Source: Octopus vulgaris (taxonomy: Eukaryota). Taken from it: a stretch of 64,000 bases of DNA. Below the pieces are notes generated by a model that had not been told where the DNA came from, made no database searches, and worked only from the letters and a program-made list of their open reading frames with translations. How positions within the stretch are numbered: position 1 is the first letter of the stretch; every line of letters begins with the position of its first letter. The stretch lies in the NCBI GenBank assembly GCA_951406725.2, contig OX597814.1:33170001-33234000 (forward strand), written 5' to 3'. Position numbers and translations under genes: made by a program. Below are positions 54,286 to 64,000 of this stretch, piece after piece.

Positions 54286-54795
54286 CTCAGTCGAAGTCGA
54301 CTCTCGGTTACTCGATGGATCAGTGTCCTGCAGTCAGTGCTATCCTGGGCCGCTTCTTTCAGATTGGCTATGTCCATTCCGGTAAAACTCTTGATGGTGT
54401 CAAGCCAGCGGGTTCTTGGTCGGCCTCTTCCTCTCTTGCCACTGACCATTTTCTCTGCATAATATGACCAAAATATGCCAATCTATGCTTGGTGATCCAA
54501 GCTTCTGGCGACATTTTCGGCCTGATCTGCTTAAGAACTTTTCCATTGATGAGCCTCGCTTTCCATGGAATCCGTAAAAGTCTTCTCCAACACCAAAGCT
54601 CGAATGCATTAATTCTCTTCTGGTCAGCTTTCTTTAGTGTCCAGGTCTCGCATCCATATGCTGCTATTGGGAAGACAATCTGCATTTGGTAGTGAGTCTG
54701 ATGTCTCTACTCTTCCAGACCCTACTCATGCTGACCATTGCCTCTCTGCCTAGTACTATCCGCCGTCTTATTTCTGGAGTGCACTCACCATATCG
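54282..54795 (-). mobile_element. RTE (BovB-like) LINE 3' fragment inside (TA)n
   Basis: EIRRRIVLG...[39 protein letters not shown]...GKRGRGRPRTRWLD. Confidence 0.92.
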
Positions 54796-54998
<203 letters not shown>

Positions 54999-55660
54999 TA
55001 TCCATTAATACTTCTTATACATGGATATACCTATGGAAAATGCCTCGTCCTTATGCATATGTATTCATTTGGCTGTATAGGTAACATCAATGAGTTTGCC
55101 TTCAAACATATAATATAAATGCAAATAGCTACGCTAGAAACAGTCATAACCTTACTAAAATGCTTAGTTTGAAATTTCTTAATAGAAATCTTATAAGACC
55201 AACAGCAACTGAACATTAGTATCAGCTACACTGTGTTAGCAAATGATTTATTTCAATTATGCTATGTAACCAAATGATTTATATGTGTTAGCAAATAATT
55301 ATTCTCCACACATTCTTTTGGAAAATGTACAATGCAACAAAAAGAAAAATAACGTTTCTGTACAATGAATGTTGTGAACATGAATTTGACACATCTTCTC
55401 GGCCCATAACCTTCCACGCCTCATTGAAGCCTAAAGAACAACAAAGCTTTTCCATAAGCCATTGCCACTTTATCTTCGAAATCACTGCTGTGTAAAACTT
55501 CATAAATAGTAAAAAGCAGTAAGAATTTTACATAAATTGTAAAAAGTAAAATAATTTTATACAGTTTTGTTAAAAATATAGTAATGAAGGAATAGAACTG
55601 TCATCATCGGTCCTAAACGTATATTGGCCAGTGTATATATATATACGTGTGTATATGTAT

Positions 55661-56125
<465 letters not shown>

Positions 56126-56129
56126 ATCA

Positions 56130-57617
56130 ATCACCAGTAAAATATCCACCGATATCATATTACAGCGCATCACAGCAGCAGTTGACACAATTACTTTGCC
56201 AAGAGCCAGCTGGATTCACGAAAGGAAAATTATGTATCGATAATAATTTTGTAATTCGCTAAATACTCGAACAATCTCATAAATAGAATTTCTCTTTGTG
56301 TATACTGTTTGTTGACTTTGAAAAAAAAGCTTTCGATAATCTTCAGCGAGATACACTTTGGAAGATTCTCAGACACTATGGCTTCCCACACAAATTAAGA
56401 TGATTCGTTTATTGTGCAAATACATCGAATGTCAAGTTATACACAAGAAACTGAAAGATCGGTCCGAAATCAAAACGGGGGTCAGACAAGGACGAATGTT
56501 ATCACCAATCTTATTTTCATTGGCAGTGAATTGGTTGGTGCAAAGAACGACAGAAGAATATAAACGAGGTGTAGAATGGAACACAACTCAGAAGATTTAG
56601 ATTATACAGATGAAATTTATTTGTTCTCATACACGCCTCAAGGATTACAAGATAAATCTGAAAGACTTAGGCAAAAAGCCAATACCACATGTCTCAAAAT
56701 CAACAGGAAGAAAACGTACACTCTTTGTAAAAATATATATTTCTTTATTGCTCACAGGGAGCTAATCACAGAGGGGACAAACAAAGCATTTTAGTCAACT
56801 ATATCGACCCCAGTGTGTAACTGGTACTTATTTTATCGACCCCGAAAGGATAAAAGGCAAAGTCGACCTCGGCGGAATTTGAACTCAGAACGTAATGACA
56901 GACGAAATACCGCTAAGCATTTCGCCCGATATGCTAACGATTCTGCCAGCTCGCCGCCTTAAAAATATAATAGAAGCTGACCATGTGACATTGATCGACA
57001 AATCAATTGCGAATGTTCGCGAATTTAACTACCTAGGCACCAAAGTAACAATAGATGGCGACTGAATTCACGAAATAAATGCAAGAATCAGCAAAGCCAA
57101 CCAATCATTCGATATGTTAAACTCAATATGGAAATCGTTAATACTCAGCCACAGCACCAAAATACTACTTTACAAAAGCAACATATTTAGCATTCTCCTC
57201 TATGGATACGAATGTTGCAAAACAACCAAAAGTATTGAAAAGAAATTGAGAGTGTTTCTAAATAAATGCTTACGAAAATTTTTGGAGGTCTACTTGCTGT
57301 ATATGACCTCGAGTAGCGAACTACACACCAAGGTTTACGTGAAACGAATAAGAGAACCTATTGAAGCAAGATGGAAATGGCTGGGTCGAGTCTGTCGCTA
57401 TAAACCGAACTAAATTGTTAGGATTGCTTTGCAATGGTTTCCACAAGGTAAAAGGAGACGTGGCCGACCAAGGGAAATGTGGCGGCGAACAATAACAAAA
57501 ATTCTTAAAAGCAGAAGGTTAACAATAGAACAAGCTCTGAAGGACGCTTTCAGTGTTAGAAGGTGGGACGATTTTGTTGTCGCCTCAACTGTCACAAGGC
57601 ACAATGAGAACCAAATG
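56130..57617 (+). mobile_element. RTE-clade LINE, heavily decayed, interrupted by a SINE
   Basis: GVRQGRMLSPILF, DLDYTDEI, ILLYGYEC, PQGKRRRGRP. Confidence 0.88.
56740..56960 (-). mobile_element. SINE type B nested in the RTE
   Basis: Reverse complement of the 8460-8686 type; aaaatata on both flanks. Confidence 0.9.
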
Positions 57618-58040
57618 AATGTATTTGGAATATTGTGAGACCACTAAGAGTGAGCCCCGACCCCTTTGCTTCGGTAAAGCATATTTCTACGAGAGAATGC
57701 TACTTTGTTCACAACTACACCATTGGTGTAACTAGGAAAGCGGCGTTAGCACGTTAGCTTTGGTGGAGAAACTAAGAAAAAGACTATTTCGAGCATAAAT
57801 CTTAGCTGCTTCTCAGTGTCTGAGACGAAGTGTAGGCTAAGGCGGTCAGCCTCGACAATACATAGAGTCGGAAAAGAAGAGAATATGAAGACGCAATGAA
57901 TATAGATTTATGATTGCGCATGAGGTCCTAATTCTCAGCGACGACTTAGGGAATATTCGATCATATGTGCGCTCAAACATCCTCCGTCACTGGCGACAAT
58001 ACACATTATTTAACTAATTTTTATATATAAATGAAATATA

Positions 58041-58453
58041 GGCGCAGGAGTGGCTGTGTGGTAAGTAGCTTGCTAACCAACCACATGGTCATGGGTTCAG
58101 TCCCACTGCGTGGCATCTTGGACAAGTGTCTTCTGCTATAGCCCCGGGCCGACCAATGCCTTGTGAGTGGATTTGGTAGACGGAAACTGAAAGAAGCCTG
58201 TCATATATATGTATATATATATATGTGTGTGTGTGTTTGTGTGTCTGTGTTTGTCCCCCTAGCATTGCTTGACAACCGATGCTGGTGTGTTTACGACCCC
58301 GTCACTTAGCGGTTCAGCAAAAGAGACCGATAGAATAAGTACTGGGCTTACAAAGAATAAGTCCCGGGGTCGATTTGCTCGACTAAAGGCGGTGCTCCAG
58401 CATGGCCGCAGTCAAATGACTGAAACAAGTAAAAGAGTAAAAGAGTAAGAGTA
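58041..58453 (+). mobile_element. SINE type A, full length
   Basis: tRNA-like head, internal microsatellite, (AAAGAGT)n-like tail. Confidence 0.92.
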
Positions 58454-58855
58454 TAGTAAAGCAGCTGACATTAGTATCTTAAAAGAACGGGTGGGGTAAT
58501 TTATCGAGGTACATATGTTGCATGAAATCTTGACGGAAATTTTCATGTAGAAATCAGAAAAATCCCAATTATATTATACCTTTACTATTGAGTTTAACGA
58601 TAATCGGAAATACTATGTTTTGTTTAAGAGAAACATCCCAGAAAATATTAATTATTTGAAACGTATTAAAGTATAGAAGGAATATGATTTTTAGTTCGTT
58701 TGTTTTTATAGATATGCCAGAATGCATGCTTGCATATATACATTCATATTCTTGTTTCATAACTTATTTTATTACATATTACTTACAATTATATAAGTAT
58801 TTATAATCTTCTCTGTATTGCTCCCAATACCACATATGTATTTCCGAAGAATACA

Positions 58856-59216
58856 TCTCTATATATATAAAGCTGAAGTTGTCTGTGTATGGCATGTTTG
58901 GTAACCTTCAACTAATACTATCTCCTCCGAGACCCTGCGGCGCAAGTTGACTAAAATTGAGTGTATGATAGAAGAAGGCTTGCTCTTCGTTCCGTAGAAG
59001 AAAAAATTTAAATCGGACCATGATAACACTAAAAATTATTTCCCTAGTTTTTTACGATTTTTTGATTGCTGTGTCGCCATTTTTCAGTGTATTTCAACCA
59101 GAAAAAAGTTCACTGAAAGAGAATAACAAGCTACATATCGCAAAACTTTTACTTTTCAAAAATTCCAATTCTAAAGGGTCGAAACAAATCCGAGCAACGC
59201 CGGGCGATACTGCTAG
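58856..59216 (+). mobile_element. non-autonomous Helitron, same family as 51878-52267
   Basis: A|TC...hairpin...CTAG|T; colinear with 51878-52267 apart from a short deletion. Confidence 0.93.
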
Positions 59217-59318
59217 TATATGAATATATTTACATGAATATTTATAACTATATGTAATGTGAAGAGTATATCACACTCGAATCAGTGAGCTAGGTTATTT
59301 GATATGTATTATAGATAT

Positions 59319-59432
59319 AAGGCAGCGAGCTGGCAAAATCGTTACACGCCGAGCAATACGCCTAGATGTATTTCGTCCGTCTTAATATTCTGAGTTCAAA
59401 TTCCGTCGAATTCGACTTTGCCTTTCACCCTC
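59319..59432 (+). mobile_element. SINE type B, 5' part
   Basis: ggcagcgagctggcaaaatcgtta...gagttcaaattcc...gactttgcctttca. Confidence 0.8.
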
Positions 59433-59437
59433 TTTCA

Positions 59438-59660
59438 TTCTCTCTTTTACTTGTTTCAGTCATTTAACTGCGGCCATGCTGGAGCACCGCCTTTAGTCGA
59501 GCAAATTGACCACAAGACTTATTCTTTGGAAGCTTAGTACTTATTCTATCGATCTTTTTTGCCGAACCGCTAAGTTACGGGGACGTAAACATACCAGCAT
59601 CGGTTTTCAAGCGATGTTAGGGGGACAAACACAGACACACAAACATATGCACACACATAC

Positions 59661-59704
<44 letters not shown>

Positions 59705-59790
59705 GACGGGCTTCTTTCAGTTTCCGTCTACCAAGTCTTTGGTCGACCCGAGGCTATAGTAGAATATAGTAGAAGACACATGCCCAAGAT
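59438..59790 (-). mobile_element. SINE type A, 5'-truncated
   Basis: Reverse-complement homology to 58041-58453. Confidence 0.88.
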
Positions 59791-60390
59791 AGCAAGTCGA
59801 AATTTCGAAGTCACTGTCAATCTCTTCCACGTAAATGTTTAATTACTCTAAGATTATTCAGTAATCTTCGACTTCAAACTTAAATTGGCTTTATATATAA
59901 CTTGACTTAAAAACAAGCATTAGTATATAAATAGAAAAATGGATAGAAAGACAGACAGTCTTCCATAAAGATATCTTTATTGATATAGATATAAACATAT
60001 AGTTATAAGATACAAATACACACACACGCGCGCGCGCACAAAGAGGCCAAACTTTAGGAAAAACATTCATGTTCGTGTCAATGTCTTATCTTGATATCAG
60101 CATACACATATATACAGATCTTATATGCGTACCAAATTGATTAAAATTGTATGACTATATTCGATTCTTACATTCAGACATGAGCATACAACATAATAAA
60201 TATTATATATTTTATAGACAGAAATGGGATAAAATACATAGACTAGGGCATTCTCAGATTTAAATTTGTACATTTGGTTCATAATATCTATTTTGAATGA
60301 CAAATATACGCCAATTTATATGAATATGAAATCTTATGTATTGTAGTCGGCAGGTGGATATGACCACCATTGAGACATTTATGTACAAGG

Positions 60391-60469
<79 letters not shown>

Positions 60470-60632
60470 CACACGCACATGTGTCAGTGTAAACGTGAAT
60501 GTTGGATCTTGAAAGTATGCATCGATATTGTATATAAGCATATATATAATATAAACATATGTGTGTGTGCGTGTGTATGTGTGTATGCGCGAGTGTGTGT
60601 AGATATTGATAGGTAGATAAGTAGATAGAAAT

Positions 60633-60691
<59 letters not shown>

Positions 60692-60694
<3 letters not shown>

Positions 60695-61275
60695 TTCTTT
60701 ACTAAGACACACAGGGCTGCACACAGACGGGCTAGATTTCAAAGTAGAGCTTTTCTATTGGGGGAGAAAAAAAAGTGGGGTAGGTTTTCGATCAACAGGG
60801 ATCGTAAAAGGGAGAGAAAAACGATCAATAGGGATCGTCTATCACAGAAATGTCATGATGTAAAGTGTAAAGGGTGAAGCAGATAAGGTTTGTCCGTGGA
60901 AAGAAAAGCCTACGGAAAAGACCACGGTAACATCGGTCAATAATGTCACATGTTAATACATTTGTTTGGAAGTAAGTAACCCTCTGTTTTAAATTTTTCT
61001 GGGTTCCTAGGATTATGCTCAAGGTGGCTTCGTCATTCATACGCGCCATCCTTGCTACATTCACCCATCTTTTTTTGAAACATTCGCGAGAGAAAACTTG
61101 CCTCTCTACTCTCACTTTCCTTTTCAAGTGATACTTGAAGAAGTTGATGAGAGATTTACCAGAGAGGAAAGTGTTTGTCTCCAATCCTTTCAGACCATAG
61201 CCACAAGAATGATGAAAATAGCTCTGCCTTCCCGTTTGAAGGAAGGAGGCGTGACAATATTGATGGATAGATTCA
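60692..61275 (-). mobile_element. L1/Tx1-type LINE 3' fragment ending in (TATC)n
   Basis: ORF 60825-61184 FFKYHLKRKVRVERQVF...KRWVNVARM is homologous to 28090-28325; 3' UTR ends agtaaagaaat. Confidence 0.75.
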
Positions 61276-61811
61276 TTGATTGATTAATTGCGCCTAATGA
61301 TGTATTGTAATAGGCATACAATAAGTGCTCACGTTGGTTTAGCACTTAAATTCTTACTTCAAGTGCGGCTAAAACAAGTCTGGTGTTGTGCCTGCTTAGC
61401 AATGAATCGCTATAGATGTTTCCTTTATAGAGAATGTAGATATATATTACAAAGAATGAATGAAGAATCAAACGTGATTTTACTTTAGACCATAGAATTT
61501 ATAATTCAAACAAAATAGTAAGGTTGTTACAATGGAATTAATGGAGTAAAAGGCATCATATACATAAGGGATATTCCAACAACTCCATTATGTTTAAATT
61601 ACAAATTCCAAGCTCTAAATTGATACCACAGATTTTGCCTGTTCATCTTCACTTTTTATATATATATTACAGTAATATCAGAGCCAAGCAGTGCTTAAAC
61701 ATATGTATATATATATATCAAACATGAAAACACAAAGAGAAAACACAACACGCGAGGACGTGGAACAAATATAGTATTATTGGACGCTCAGGAAGGAAGG
61801 GCAGAAGGAGG

Positions 61812-61848
61812 ATTTTACGTTTCGAGCAGAGCTCTTCGTCAGAAACAT
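61812..61848 (-). ncRNA. minimal hammerhead motif in a ~170-bp element between microsatellites
   Basis: atgttt CTGACGA a-gagc-tct-gctc GAAA cg TA aaat; stem III is the 4-nt palindrome ACGT. Confidence 0.7.
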
Positions 61849-61903
61849 AGGAAAAGGAAAGATCCAGAGAAGGGAAGACGGAGGAAATATCTATCTATCT
61901 ATC

Positions 61904-61991
<88 letters not shown>

Positions 61992-62096
61992 AATATTATT
62001 ATTAACAATAATAGTAAGGAATATAATTCCAAACTTACAGGGAAAAATCCAATTTAGCAATTCTAAATGAAATTTTACAATATATAATATATATGT

Positions 62097-62308
62097 ATAT
62101 AATTAAGAGAAATAACCCCTATTAAGTAATTATATAGTGAGAGATATTATCCATGCCATATAGGAAAAAAATTTAATTAAATGTTTATTTAATTTAGTGA
62201 TTATTTGAATAATATTTATTATAGTGTATCTAAATTTTTTATATATGGTATGGATAATGTCTTTCAATATTAAAATTACTTAATAGAGGTTATTTCTCTT
62301 AATTATAT
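62097..62308. repeat. imperfect fold-back palindrome (~80-bp arms) in (TA)n
   Basis: ataattaagagaaataacccctattaagtaatt versus aattacttaatagaggttatttctcttaattat. Confidence 0.88.
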
Positions 62309-62367
62309 ATATATGCACACATATTTCTAACACAGCAATATCAGCACCAAGCAGTGTTTAGATATAT

Positions 62368-62760
62368 ATATTGGGATGACAAGAAAGTAGTAATTTTGGG
62401 TGGGGGGTTTCCTACAAACAAATTTTTGTTTTCATGCAAACAATGAACTTTAATCAGTTATATATTTTTCATTTTGTTCGATGACCTTTTGCTGACAACT
62501 TCATGATTCCGCGCTCAAAGAACTTCCGGTCCTTATCAGCCAAAAACGGAAGCGAGTGCGATTTCAGGTCATCCTCCTTATTGAACGTCTTACCAATCAA
62601 AGAAATAAATGGTAATCTGATGGTGCAAGGTCAGGGCTATATGGTGGATGTAACATCATTTCCCAACCAAGCTCCAATAATTTTTCTCGAGTTAGTAAAG
62701 ACGAGTGTGGTCTACCGTTGTCATGGTGGAACACGATTCCTTTAAGATATGCCAATTCTG
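62368..62760 (-). mobile_element. mariner transposase C-terminal relic
   Basis: Manual translation GIVFHHDNGRPH...LGWEMMLHPPYSPDLAPSDYHLF...FFERGIMKL. Confidence 0.9.
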
Positions 62761-63215
62761 TGTATTACATTCGTGATAAGTGAGCTAACCGATTACAGAA
62801 AACTACCCACTCACTCCTATTTGATTTTAAGAGCTATAATTTAATAGTGTTGATTTAAATAAACAAACACGTGCGTTTTCTGCGTTAAACGGAGAAGAGG
62901 TGACGTGTGACAATTCTTTAAATGATAATAATACTATAAGCTTAAAGCTTATAAGCAATCACCATGTATTTGCTAAAGAAAATGTTCCAATTTTGTCCTC
63001 GAAGGAAAAAGTGGGTGTTAGTAAGTGAGAATGTCTAATGGTTTTGTTTATTCGTACATTATCAGAGTACAATATAATAGATTGTAGAGTAATATAATGT
63101 TTCCACCTGTTGTTACTCAGATTTCTTATTAGATATTATTTCTTTTGGACAACAAAAATGTTTTTGTTATCGCTTGAAATATCACCTCGAACAAGAAACT
63201 AATTAGTATGTGTAT

Positions 63216-63255
<40 letters not shown>

Positions 63256-64000
63256 ACACACACATATATATCTATATGCATACATGTGCGAGTGCGCGCG
63301 CGTGTTTGTGTATGTGTGTGCTCCTGTGTGTGTGTACGTGTTTGCCTCTGTGTGTGTGTGGATTGTGTTTGTGTGTGATTATGTGTGTTTGCACATATAT
63401 AATTGTAAATACTAGTGCCAACACGCTACTTTTAAGAGAGGATATTTTGCATCGACTTGCTATCATTGTATCATATATTTCTGTTGTGCGTATGTATGCA
63501 TACGGTAAGCCGTTGGCAACAGTGTTCAATGAAGGGTGGAATGTGTAGAGTATCTGAAGACCTTTGTTTCTTTCTTTAAATATGGTTTAAGGCAGAGCTG
63601 GCTGGTATTGTACGGAATTCTAGCAATATTAAAGTATACAGGAGTTATTACTGAATATATGTTTCGTGTCTATTGTTACTATACCTGTTATATGTTATGC
63701 ATGGGCTTTCTTGGATTATTGTATAATCCCCAGATAATTCCTGACATTTTAGTGAGTCCATTAGGTAGGTTTTTTTGGGGTGGGGTGGGGGGAAATCCTA
63801 CAAATTATTCTCTAAAAGTCTGGTATCTTCATAATGGTTGTAATGAATCTGTATTGTTTATTCTCTGTGTCACAGGTTAGATATTTATTCACCATCTCAG
63901 AATATTAATGCAGAAATTCTAATTTTGAAACAACTTATTAAAATTGCTATTTTGAAAAATATTAATGAACTTAAAAATAAAAGAAACATATGAACCTGGA

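Overview
AT-rich eukaryotic non-genic (intergenic or intronic) DNA dense in (TA)n, (CA)n, (GATA)n, (ATT)n and (TATG)n microsatellites. Composition and repeat content point to an octopus/coleoid cephalopod genome (inference). I found no host protein-coding exon, rRNA, genuine tRNA or CRISPR array, and most track ORFs are microsatellite translations. Recognisable content is transposon debris: four RTE LINE fragments, four R4/Dong-type LINE fragments clustered in an (ATT)n tract (one with a 612-aa RT+endonuclease ORF), L1/Tx1-type relics, a decayed near full-length Penelope-like element (PLE), Helitron relics and three non-autonomous Helitrons, Tc1/mariner remnants and about 25 copies of at least four tRNA-headed SINE types. 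The most notable signal is a set of minimal type I hammerhead ribozyme motifs (CTGANGA...GAAA-palindromic stem III-UH) in several unrelated short elements. Two of these elements are long fold-back palindromes carrying a ribozyme motif on each strand. Most boundaries were read by eye and are approximate; family names come from motif recognition, not database searches.
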